The notes below the pieces were generated by a model that was not told the DNA's origin, did no database searches, and worked only from the letters and a program-made list of their open reading frames with translations. 64,000 nt of DNA from Octopus sinensis (taxonomy: Eukaryota), in NCBI RefSeq assembly GCF_006345805.1, contig NC_043005.1:79732001-79796000 (forward strand), read 5' to 3'. Shown piece by piece: positions 37,730-50,136 of this stretch. The position numbers and the translations under genes are program-made. How positions within the stretch are numbered: the first letter of the stretch is position 1; each line of letters starts with the position of its first letter.

Positions 37730-38007
37730 TAAGACATAAATGAAATACTTACTCATACCCACGGAAAAAGCAAGCACTAAGTCCTGAGCAGACCTAAGTA
37801 CCCCAAATATATAGTTGTAAATTTAAGTGTTCACTTCCGGATTCTCTGACTCTGTGAAAGTTTCTAGTTCGAATCACCCGTGTCTCGAAATGTGCCGAAG
37901 ATTTTCTATTTTAGATATATTTGGGGTACTTCGGTCTGCTCAGGACTTAGTGCTTGCTTTTTTCCATGGGTATGAGTAAGTATTTCATTTATGTCTTACG
38001 TATTTAT
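37721..38007. repeat. Inverted repeat, ~92-bp arms (~97% identical), ~100-bp spacer
   Basis: 37721-37812 versus 37915-38007: one indel and two substitutions seen. Confidence 0.92.
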
Positions 38008-38024
38008 TATATATCCATATATAG

Positions 38025-38085
<61 letters not shown>

Positions 38086-38250
38086 CATATATATATATAT
38101 GTGCATGTATATACATATACATATATATATACATATAGACATACATGCATATATATATATATATGCATTTATATATATGCATGCATGTCTATATGTATAT
38201 ATATAAATATGCATGTATATATATGAATGTATATATATATATAAGTATAT

Positions 38251-38340
<90 letters not shown>

Positions 38341-38345
<5 letters not shown>

Positions 38346-38981
38346 CAGAATAAGAGTGAAAAAACTTGAATACTAATTAATAATATCAATTTAAAACACC
38401 AAGTGGCCTAGCGTAAAAAAACTGGGATACACCAAAAATTATTAATACAAGTAATAAGAGAGAGACCACATGTGGTCACTCTAACACTAGAAATAGATCC
38501 GCAAAGGGAATCGACCACTAAAGAATTGTTCTCAATCATTAATTCAACACGCCAAGAATGTAAGCGGGCAGGACAAATGAAAAATAACGAAAAAATAGAT
38601 TAACTCTATACAATTGTTTCATCGTTAATAGATTGTGTAATTTTACTTACATAATCATTTTCGAATCCTCAGTAGAGTATATCAAAAATATAATTTGCTG
38701 AACCGAACGCCAAAATCCATACGAAGCCGAGCAAAGGCGAACGGCACAGCCGATTGTATTTGCAGTTACGTTCAAATATCCTCATTTTTGGCGCGTTGAA
38801 AATACCGGATGTAAATACTACCCCAGTAATTTACTACTGGTTTGAGAACATATTAATTTATAATTAAAATCACAATAAGGGTGAAAAAAATTGAATATTA
38901 ATTAATAATATCAATTTAAAACACCAAGCGACCTAGCGTAAAAAACTGGGATACAGTAAAAATTATTAATACAAGTAATAA
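38341..38981 (-). mobile_element. Partial-tandem element (525-bp unit, ~116-bp direct repeats) containing a hammerhead
   Basis: 38341-38457 is repeated at 38866-38981. The left junction is a long (TA)n tract. Confidence 0.8.
38603..38678 (-). ncRNA. Type I hammerhead motif with long stem II and palindromic stem III
   Basis: Reverse complement: actcta-CTGAGGA-ttcgaaaatgattatgtaagtaaaattacacaatctattaacgat-GAAAC-aatt-GTA-tagagt. Stem I is 6 bp perfect; ACAATTGT palindrome; GUA triplet. The first stem II pair is a U-U mismatch. Confidence 0.72.
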
Positions 38982-39288
38982 TGTTCAATAGGACTGAACC
39001 CGGAACCATGTGGTTGGTTAGCTAGCTACTTACCATAAAGCCACTCCTGCGCCTATTTAGATACTTATTTATGTAAGCATGAATTTATATATGTATGTAT
39101 GTATGCCTTTGTATGTGTGTATGTACGTCATAGTTTTCATTTAAAATAGCTTCACCTTCATTAATTATGATGAAAATAATTATCGTTAATCTCAGACAAG
39201 CACCGTATAGTATTTTTTTGAAAACCAGTTCTTTAAAGAGCTGTACACTTTGAAAAATGATAAAACGTAGGAAGAATTGATTATCTTC

Positions 39289-39325
<37 letters not shown>

Positions 39326-39810
39326 CTCTTCAACACTCTCAATGTCTTCTATAGATATTGAAAATGTGCGGATTAAGACTTTGCTAACTTGTGGTGTTAG
39401 CGAAATTACAGCATGTGAAGAGAGTTGATGAGCTTTGTCTCCAGCCGATAGCCACGACGACAACGATATCAAAATTCTTTTGTACCTCGTCTCAATTGAT
39501 ATCAATGGACGTCTTCTACGTATTAAGTTTGTCCGTAATCGTTCTATGCATTTACCATGTACCAAGTGACGTTACCCATACTGTTATTGCTGCTGCTGCT
39601 GCAGCTACTGTTGTTACTGCTGCTGTTGTTATGTTTGTTTTTGTTAATAAAGCACGGGTAATCCACCGTTCAGGAGAGTTTCCATCGAAGGCAGTCCAGT
39701 GGTGACAAATCCACCATTTTTTCTTCCGAGCCGTATGCATCGAGGACAATATTGTCCAATCTGCTCGTTCCCTTTATAGCTGCAGTATATGATATGAGGG
39801 AAATTTATCT

Positions 39811-40226
39811 TATTTCTTTACTACTCACAAGGGGCTAAACACAGAGAGGACAAACAAGGACAGACAAACGGATTAAGTCGATTATATCGACCCCAGTGCG
39901 TAACTGGTACTTATTTAATCGACACCAAAAGGATGAAAGGCAAAGTCGACCTTGACGGAATTTGAACTCAGAACGTAGAGGCAGACGAAATACCTATTTC
40001 TTTATTACCCACCAGGGGCTAAACACAGAGGGGACAAACAAGGACAGACATAGGTATTAAGTCGATTACATCGACCCCAATGCGTAACCGGTACTTATTT
40101 AATCGACACCGAAAGGATGAAAGGCAAAGTCGACCTTGACGGAATTTGAACTCAGAACGTGGCGGCAGACGAAATACCGGTAAGCATTTCGCCCGGCATG
40201 CTAACGTTTCTGCCAGCTCGCCGCCT
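39811..40226 (-). mobile_element. SINE family A with duplicated 184-bp body
   Basis: Units start at 39811 and 39995; same junction gaaatacctatttc as in 719-1130. Confidence 0.92.
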
Positions 40227-40329
40227 ATGAGGGAATTTTATCTACTAAATTTAGCAAGTCGAACAAAGACATAGTCACACCCACTGACTCACCAAATTTC
40301 CTCCATGACAGATGATTTTCTTATGTTTC

Positions 40330-40746
40330 GGCTTACTTTTACTTGTTTCAATCATTTGACTGCGGCCAAGCTGGATCACCGCCTTCAGTCGATCAAATCG
40401 AACCCGTGACTTATTCTTTGTAAGCCCAGTACTTATTCTATCGGTCTCTTTTGCTGAATCGCTAGGTGACGGGGACGTAAACACACCAGCATCAGTTGTC
40501 AAGACACACACACGTACACACACCACGTACACACACACACGTACACACACACGTACACACACACACACACACACACACATACATATATACGACGGGCTTC
40601 TTTCAGTTTCCGTCTACCAAATCCACTCACAAGGCTTTGGTCGGCCCGAGGCTATAGTAGAAGACACTTACCCAAGATGCCAGGCAGTGGGACCCAACCT
40701 GGAACCATGTGGTTGGTAAGCCAGCTACTTACCACACAGCCACTCT
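40330..40746 (-). mobile_element. SINE family B
   Basis: Standard tail, internal (CA)n and head. Confidence 0.88.
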
Positions 40747-42599
40747 TGAGCATTAATCAAAAAAATAATAAAATCAAAGAACTAGTAGCTCATGTTACTC
40801 TAACGTTATTAGTAACAGTTCCTACTCTGCTCTTGAACTCATTGGAAAACAAGTGACGTCACCGGATTCGGCTGGCTACAGTTTTCTCTACATCTGCTCG
40901 TATGATATTGCCCCCTCTCTTGTCAGTTATGAATGTTCTGCACCATGTAGCTTTCATTCTCTCTCTCTCTCTCTCTCACTCTTTCTTTTCCCTCTCCTTA
41001 CTGTCCATTTAAAAGCTATTTTAGAATGGCCTTATTCTGGTAACCGGAGTATATGAGCTGTTAGTATTAATTTTCGTTCTGTGATGATTTCTTAAAGTAA
41101 TCTGGTATTGGCTCCTTTAGGAAGTTTTCATTGCCAGTATGGTCTCGGAATTCTTCTGAAGCATTTTTTGGTAGAGCATATCTAGCTCTGTGCATATATT
41201 CACTATACTCTATATCTATATTTTTTATTCTGACCAATTTCTTTAAACGAAATTTGTCTAATTTTCATAGACTGATATTCGCCACTTTCCGTGAATTAAT
41301 GTCGGCTACATTTCGTAGAATGATCTTCAGCAGTTTCCATGTTTTAATGGCTATTAGTTTTGTGAATTGTTATTCCACTATTTCCTAAGAATTGATGTCA
41401 GCCTGTTTTGATTGAGTGCTGATTACATTCTGTGAATTATATTCGTCACTTACCGTGAATTTAGTTTCAATCAATGGATTGATATTTACTAGTTTCCATG
41501 AACTGAAGTCTCAAGAGAATACCATTTAAGTGTTCGAAAATATACGTGGATTAAAGTGAAACGTTAGCTTTTTAACCAGTAACATTTGGCGACATAAGTA
41601 AAAGTGATTTTAAGCTTATAGCATAGCTCAAGCTGTGACCTTCCTTCATGTTTCTTAGGTGTTTATTTAATACCAGCAACACAATAACAACACACAAAAG
41701 AGCATAAAAAGTGTGAAAATGAGAGAGAAGAAAAGCATGCATATTGTATTGTGTGCAGTTGCTGTTGAGTGCTATGAAAAAAAACCTGTTGATTTGGATA
41801 CGTCATAGCTGAATAACTTATAAAATGGAAGTTTGGGAGTTTTATTACAACATAGAATTTTAAACAGCTTATCTTGTGAAAAGAAAATAGTTTCAAATAT
41901 CCGGTTCGACATTGTAAACACCTTAATATGATATCTTTTCTATTTATGTTCACAGTTTATGTCTTTTGCTTTTTTACAGTGAAAGAAATGTAGGGCGATA
42001 GCTTTTATTGACGTGTTTGTCCGTCCTATTGTCATTTTAATTAGGTTTATATAAGGTTGTGAGTGAGCGACACGGTAGAGCGCGTTGATAAAATGACTTG
42101 CGGGTTTCTGGTTACACCCTTTTTGTGTTTGGCGTTTATATCCCGCTGGGTGCAGCTTTGCTTTCCAATCCTCTCTCCTCGGTGAAGTAAGTACTCATTT
42201 TATACTCGTTTTCGGTTCGATCGACTCTATCTGTTATGTGGAAATTTAAACAAAAGTTAGTTAAGAATAATATCTCGAAGTGACCAGTGGCATGCATTTG
42301 AACTATGTAGACAAATAAAGATATATCAAATAGCATAAAACATAAAGTCTTGGTTTATTAAGTGTTATCTCCGCCCTTAGAAGATATAAATACCAAAGAT
42401 TATAATTTGCAAATAAAATTAAGAGTGCGAATGCAATATGCTCTCAAGATTCGAACATTTTCCAACGATGACCTGCTGTTAAGGAACAGGACAAGGCTGT
42501 TGTCAGGAGATGAGAAAACAACAGCCAAGGACACGTGTTTCTGCCTCAAAAGCCGTCAACAGCATGACAAATTACCGACGTTATCACCAATATTACTAT

Positions 42600-42966
42600 T
42601 TACTCTTTTACTTGTTTTAGTCATTTGACTGCAGCCATGCTGGAGCACCGCCTTTAGTCGAACAAATCGACCCAGAACTTATTCTTTGGAAGCCTAGTAC
42701 TTATTCTATCGGGCTCTTTTGCCAAACCGTTTAGTTACGGGGACGTAAACACGCTACCATCGGTTGTCAAGCGATGTTGGGGAGACAAACACAGACACAC
42801 AAACATATGCACACACATACATACATACATGCATATATATATATATATATTCATATATATACGAGGGCTTCTTTCAGTTTCCATCTACGAAATCCACTCA
42901 CAAGTCTTTGGTCGGCCCGAGGCTATAGTAGAAGACACTTACCCAAGGTGCCACGCAGTGGGAATG
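42600..42966 (-). mobile_element. SINE family B, head-truncated
   Basis: Tail tactcttttacttgttttagtc; stops at gcagtgggaatgaac. Confidence 0.85.
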
Positions 42967-43945
42967 AACTCATTTCTGTTGCACGCATTCTTAGTGTCAT
43001 TGTCAGGTTTTGCTTTGATTTTCCATATTAAGAAATCAACCCACAAAACCTTCCAACAAACACAATTGAAATCCCCCAAATCATAATTTTGTTGGTAAAT
43101 GTATTTACTAATGCTGACAAATTTCGTTTATCATTTTAAAATATTTTGTGTTTGAAGTTTCAGACAAGTGGGTTGTCCAGGAACAACTCGTAACTATTAC
43201 AGCAAAGGGAAAATTCGCATTTTGAAAACAGATGAAAACAACAAGAAGCCGCGGCACCATTACTACAAACAGTACGTTATTGTTACTCATAACGACGTTA
43301 TAACCACAACTATTACTTTCAAATTTCGGTACAAGGCCAGCAATTTCGATGAAGGTGCTAAGTCGGTTACATCGATCCCAGTACTCATATTCTACTTGTT
43401 TTATCGACACACGACCCAAAAGGATGAAAGACATATTTTGCTGCCGACAAAAAACTGCGCTTGCGCGGTGGATTTGAAAAAAAATTTAAATGTATAAGCA
43501 GTAGGCCCATGCTGGATTGGCATCGTGTTTATATATTTAATCTTGGCGTACCTGTTGACGAAGACTTCGCCAGGCAAATTATTTTATTTGCAAAAAAAAG
43601 TTAGAAACCGGTCCAGGAAATAGATCGTGAATGTTTTTACTTTTCATTCCCTTCGAAAATTTACCCTAATTAGTGGTTTGCACTTTAGCTGTTCCTTCTA
43701 GCGTAAGATTGTATACTATGATTGACAGCGCTTAATGTGTTTATATGTACACTGTATTTTACTTGAATAATATATAGTCTTTTGACTAATTTTTCTATAC
43801 GCTAGGCCACTGGTAGTAAAAATTTCTAAAATCTTTATTACCCTGATATATATACATCTAATATAGGATAAAATTTTTCGAAAACAATTTTATCAATGGC
43901 CAGCATATTAAAAAATACCTTTAAAGCTTAAATTTATAAATAGCT

Positions 43946-44105
43946 TATAAAATAAGGGCAAAAGAAAAAATTTATAATGCCAAATATGCCGAAAATAGAT
44001 AAATTGTCAATAACCATTATAAATATAATAAATTATAATGGTTATTGACAATTTATCTATTTTCGGCATATTTAGCATTAGAATGTTTTTTTTTTGCCCT
44101 TATTT

Positions 44106-44109
<4 letters not shown>
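43946..44109. repeat. Palindrome, ~76-bp arms, 12-bp AT loop
   Basis: tataaaataagggc...ccattata / tataatgg...gcccttattttata. One arm is homologous to 37538-37610. Confidence 0.9.
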
Positions 44110-44139
<30 letters not shown>

Positions 44140-44600
44140 ACGACGGGCGTCTTTCAGTTTCTGTCTACAAAATCCACTCACAAGGTTTTGGTCAGCCCGA
44201 GGCTGTAGTAGAACACACTTGCCCAAGGTGCCACGCAATGGGACTGAACCCAAAACTGTGTGGTTGGGAAGCAATCTACTTACCACACAGCCACTCCTGC
44301 GCCTTTATGATACATGAAAAAAAAATTTTCAAACTATTTCGTCATGTAGTGACGATAACCACGAGGGTCCGCCGCCTTTTCTTGCTGCTAATATTGGTGT
44401 CAAAATTTGGCTGAAGGGCAACAGTTTCGAGATGAGGGAGTAAGTCGACTACATTAGCTCCAATGCTCAACTGCTACATATTTTATCGACCCCGAAAGGG
44501 TGAAAGACAAAAGTCAACCTCGGCGGAATTTGAACTGAGAACATAAAGTCGGACGAAAAGCCGATAAGCATTTTATCCAGGATGGTCAACAATTGTGCCA
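44140..44600 (-). mobile_element. SINE family B head (44140-44305) and diverged SINE family A (44390-44600)
   Basis: Family motifs as above. Confidence 0.75.
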
Positions 44601-44900
44601 GCTCACCACTTTTGTTTTTATTAAAACTTGTCTTAGTGGTTGATGCTGTTTAAGCTTTGAGTTGAGCACTCATGATCGAGATATCCAATGGTCAAAAAAG
44701 TATTCCATTTGTGAACATCGCGTCTTTTATTCTCGGGGACATTATCTCAGGTGTGTTTTCTAATTTTAAAGCCTTACGCTGTTATTTCAGGGTGATTTTG
44801 GTTTCGATTTCGAGCAAGTCAAGGAACCGATCAGAAGGCTTCTACATTGGCCCGTCATATTCCTGATCGTCTTTTACGTTGTCATTCGTTCTCGCCGTGA

Positions 44901-44933
<33 letters not shown>

Positions 44934-45924
44934 AGTAGTAGTAGTAGTAGGAGGAGGAGGAGGAGGAGGAAACTGAGTAGAGGATAACAGGATTAGGGTC
45001 TAAAAAAGGCAAAAATAACGATTAGGAAATGAGAAAGGTAAAAGAAGAAAAATCAAAGTGAGGTTTTCCCAATCTGATTTTCCATTTCTTCTTTTTTCCT
45101 TCATCCTTTCTTTTTGTATTATTTCTATCATCATCATCATCATCATCATTATTATTATTATTGTTGTTGTTGTTGTTGTTGTGTTGTTGTTGTTGTTGAT
45201 GTTGTTGTTATTAGTTGTTCTGTTTTCATTTTTCTTCTTTTACTTCTTGTCCCGCACATTTCTTTTTCTTTTTCTTCTTCTTCTTCTTCTTCCTATGATG
45301 ATGATGATAATGATGACCTCTATGTAGGAAGAAGAAAGAAAAAACACAAAGGAAGAATGAAAGAAGGAGAAAAGAGAAAGAAAGGAGAAAAGAAAGAAAA
45401 AAGAAGGAAAGAGAAGAAGAAAGAGAAAAAGAAAGATAGAAAGAAAGAACAGATGGAAAGTGATGATAGCGAAATGCGGTGAAGAAAATTTTGAGATTGA
45501 AGATGAAGACGTTGAAGATGATGATGATGACAAGGACTATTACGATGATGCTTATGACCAAAAAAGAAACGATAGGAGAGGCGGAAGTAGGGGAAGAATA
45601 AGAGGAAAACATGTTGAAGTTATATTTAGATTTCGGTCAAAAGATTCAGTAAGAAAAAGGATACAAAAAGATGCAACACATGTAGAAAGAGAAAGAAAGG
45701 AAGGAAGAGGAAAGAAAAGAAAGAGAGAGAGAGAGAGAGAGAAATAAAGAGGAAGATAAAGAAAGGAGGAAAGGAAGGGGAAAAGAAAGAAAGATAGATA
45801 GATAAAGAAAGAGTGAGAGTCAGAAAGAGAGAAAGAATAAGTTATGTATGTATGCATGCATGTATGCGCGTGCGTAATATATATATATGTACATATATAT
45901 GTATGTGTATATATATAATATATA

Positions 45925-45991
<67 letters not shown>

Positions 45992-46093
45992 TATAAAATG
46001 CGTATATAAATGTATATGTATGTGCACACAATAGATGTATATATAAATATACGTAAATACAAGTAAATTTGTGTGAGAGTGTATTTATGTATA

Positions 46094-46129
<36 letters not shown>

Positions 46130-46684
46130 ATATAATATATATATATATATATACAGACATATTTGTATATGCTGTGTAGGTGTATGAGTTTCTGTGTGTG
46201 TGTATAAAATATATACATTATATATGTGTGTGTGTGTGTGTATGTATAAATATGCACGTATGTATGTATGTTTGCATGTTTGTATGTATGTATGTATAGG
46301 ATGGAGATTTGGAGAAAGAGAAGGAGAAGAAGGAAAGACTAGAAGAAAAGAAAAAAGGGCTAATGAAAGAATGCGAGCTGAAGGGGAATAGTACCGAAGT
46401 TAGCAAAGCAATGAGTCTTTTCATTGAGAAAGGTCCTTGATTTTTTCTATTGATTCCTCAGCTTAAGGTTTGGCAATACAAGTTTGATGCTATTTTGTCG
46501 GAGCTTTGTCTGCAGACAATCAGCAAGAAATTGTATGTAAAACGATTATTATTGGTCGAAAACGTATTTTTAACAGTGACAATATATACGGCTAGCTAAC
46601 ATAGGCAGAAATTTCCCTCACTGCTTTTCAACTAGCAAATACATCATTACATTTTAGGATGGTGGCGTTATTGTTCAGTTTCTC

Positions 46685-46731
<47 letters not shown>

Positions 46732-46889
46732 TATTATTATTATTATTATTACTACTACATTTTTGTTTGTTTTGTATTTATTTTAGATTATTCTGGAAGA
46801 GAGAGCTTTGTAAGGGTTTGGGGTGTTTCGGACCTATTGTATTCTTCATCTATTTTGTATATATATATATACAATCATTGTTGTTTTTC

Positions 46890-47880
46890 TTGGCATTTTT
46901 TTCTCTTCTCTTGTGTCGGTCAGTCTGCCTCTGCCCCCTCTCTCTCTCTCCCTCTCTCTCTTATCCTTTTCCTTCTTTCGTTCTTTCCTTCTCTTTATTT
47001 CCTTCTTTGACCCAACTGGTCAAACCTGGATATCTTTTCTGCTTCGTCTCCAGCTTTCTATTTTTTCTCTATTCCCTTCAAGTTTCTTTCTCCCCTTTGC
47101 TCTCTCTCCTTCACTCTATGCTCCCTCTCTCTCTCCATCTCCTGCTTCTTCCCTCTCTCTTATTTTCTTTCACACTCTCTCTTCTCTTCCTGATGGTCTC
47201 ATTCTTTTTTCTACTTGAAACAAGTCTGAAAAATGCGAATATCTTTTCTGCAATTCTTTCTCTCTGCCTCTTTCCTCCACCCTTCTTGCTTTCTTCACTC
47301 TTCTCTTACTCCCAATTTCCTCTCTCTCAATCTCTCTTCCTCTTTCTGTCTCTGTGTCTCTGTTGGTCACTCGCTTATTTCTTTAAAAAATGGCCTCTCA
47401 CTTTCACTCTTACACTTTCTCTTGCTCTCTCTCCCCACTTTGAATGCATTCTTTTCTACCCTCTTCTTCAGTCTCTCCCCACCCTTTCTCTCTCTCTCTC
47501 TCTGTCTCTTTCTCTCTCTCTTTCTGATTTGGTCTCACTCCTATTTTCCTTTGAAGCAACTCTGAGAAATCACGATATCTCTCACCCTTTTCTCTCGTTC
47601 CTTTCTCTTTCTCTCACCTCTCTTCATCCTCTCTCCCTTTTCCCCTCTCTTCTCTCACTCTCCCTCTCTCTCTATCTATGTATCTATCTATTTATCTTGC
47701 CTTATATCTTACCCTCTTTTCCTCACTCTTTTACTCTTACCCTTGAAACCTTCTCTTTCTCTTTCTTGTTCCTTCTCCTTTTCTCTCTCTGTCTTCCTCC
47801 CACCATTTCTCTCTCTCTCCGTCTTCCTTTCTTCATCTCTTTGACCTCCACCTTCCTTCCTCCTCCCTCTTGTCAGTCTA
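46890..47880. repeat. ~1-kb polypyrimidine (CT-rich) tract with a cryptic ~170-bp period
   Basis: Strand-biased C/T composition; tggtc anchors at ~47017, 47194, 47364 and 47530. Confidence 0.8.
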
Positions 47881-47982
47881 TCACTCACCATAAGATAAAC
47901 ACAAGCGTTACATAGTTTGATGTTTGATGCCCTCAAGCGGTCAGCAGATTGCTCTGTATTCAGTCCACAATGAATGCATAAT

Positions 47983-48016
<34 letters not shown>

Positions 48017-48213
48017 CGAAAAGGGGAGAGAAAGAGAGAAGAGCGGATAGAAAGTGAGGGAGGGAGGGTTCGAGAGAAAGACGAAAACGAAATGAAGGGA
48101 GATAAAGCGGTAGAAGAAAAAAAGAAGAGTTGAATGAGATTATTTGTGTATTTGTGTGTGTTAACGGCCAGTTTAGGATATATGGTCAAGTGCCTTTTTA
48201 TAACGAGTAAATA

Positions 48214-48230
48214 TTGCTAATGTTACGTAA

Positions 48231-48290
<60 letters not shown>

Positions 48291-48373
48291 TATTATTATC
48301 ATTATTATTATCATTATTATTATTATTATTATTATTATTGTTGTTGTTGTTGTTATTATTATTATTATTTTTA

Positions 48374-48429
<56 letters not shown>

Positions 48430-48990
48430 GATGTTGTTGATGCTACAGTAGAAACAGTTGTGGTAATGGTGTTGGTGATGGTGGTGATAGTGCCTTTGTG
48501 TAGATGTCAGAGAGTGAGAGAGAGTAAGGGTATACGCATGCGTGTATACCTGAGCTCGTGTATAAGCGTGTATGTGTATGTGTATGCATAGCGAATATTG
48601 GTATTCGTTGTTGATCAGATCGCCATTCATCATAAGAATCATCGTTATAATCATGGTCATCATCAGCTATGCACAATCAACATAATCGCCATCATCATCA
48701 TCATCATTATCATCATCATTATCATCATCATGATCATCATATCATCATTATCGGCTTCACCACGTTCATTTCGTCATCCTCATCTTATCACCCTCATCAC
48801 CACCACAACGACCACCACAACCCACACCACCACCACCAACAACAACACCACTACCACCAACAACAACACCACCACCAACAACAACAACGCCACCACCACT
48901 ACTGCCGCCGCCGCCGCCATCGTCGTCACCGCCATCACAGCAATCCATCATCATCATCGCCATCATTGTGCTACCCTTCAACATCTACAT
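48214..48990. repeat. Compound trinucleotide tracts (ATT)n, (CAT)n, (CAC/CAA)n, (GCC)n
   Basis: Direct inspection. Confidence 0.92.
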
Positions 48991-49663
48991 AGTTACCATT
49001 ATACCCGACGTTTTTTATTCTCCATACACAAAGGCGCTCTCACCCACACAAACACTCAAACACACACACACAAAAATACAAACACACATACACACACCCT
49101 CTCCCTATCACACATACTCGCACACACTTACACACAGACACACCCTCTCTTACATACTCACAAACACGCAAACACACATATTCACTTTCATCTAAGCATA
49201 TAAACCCACACAAAACATATAAACGTATCAACCTACACACAAAAAAAAAAAACACATCCCCAAAGATATAAATATAAAGATAAACATCACACATACACAC
49301 ATATATAGACACGAATGGGAAGTCAGACAAAATAAAGACCAAGAGCAAACCTTAGTGTATAGGATAGAAAAATGTAGAGCTTTTCAGCATAACATAGAAT
49401 GCGGACGGCAAGAAAAAATCAAACAAACATATAAAAGAGAACAAAAAAAAGGAACAAAACTAAAGCAAATTCTTGAACTGAGAGAAAGTTGTTGGAGGAA
49501 ATCAAGAAATTTGGATGCAAAGGTGTGTAGTGTATGTACAGATGTGTAATGTTCTGCATGTATGTGTTTGTGTTTGTGTATGTATCTATGTGTGTCATTT
49601 ATGTATTGTAGTTATTGATACTAGTGTTGTTTTTTGTAGCTATAGGTATGTGTATATATGTGC

Positions 49664-49707
<44 letters not shown>

Positions 49708-49773
49708 CATATACATTTAGCTATTTGTATGTAGTATACCTGCGTAACTATATACATACATACATACACACAC

Positions 49774-49804
<31 letters not shown>

Positions 49805-49999
49805 CATATATGTATATATACATATATATATATACATATTTATATATATTATGTGTGTGTGTGTGTGTGTGTAAATGTATATATATGTAAATATATGCAC
49901 ATATATATACATATATATTATATATATGTATATATATATTTAGATATATATTTATACATATATAAATATATATATATATTATATATATATATGTATATT

Positions 50000-50049
<50 letters not shown>

Positions 50050-50105
50050 TATAATTATATGTATGTGCGTGTTTGTATGTCTGTGGGTTTATGTTTGCAT
50101 GAATA

Positions 50106-50136
<31 letters not shown>

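Noticed and set aside
41300-41340. CUGAAGA...GAAA on the minus strand (similar heptamers at ~46455 and ~59505)
   Set aside because: The intervening sequence cannot form stem II and no stem I or III is evident; chance matches.
45460-45747. Acidic/basic 95-aa ORF (EDEDVEDDDDDKDYYDD...)
   Set aside because: Lies within purine-rich (GAT)/(GAA) low-complexity sequence with no splice or domain support.
46659-47915. 418-aa plus-strand ORF
   Set aside because: It runs through (ATT)n and a C/T-rich tract that cannot easily encode stops. The product is L/S/F low complexity with no domain.
48598-49203. His/Gln/Thr/Pro-rich ORFs (201 aa and 107 aa) resembling a transcription-factor low-complexity region
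   Set aside because: Multiple frames are open because CAT/CAC/CAA/GCC repeats lack stops. There are no convincing splice sites or conserved domain.
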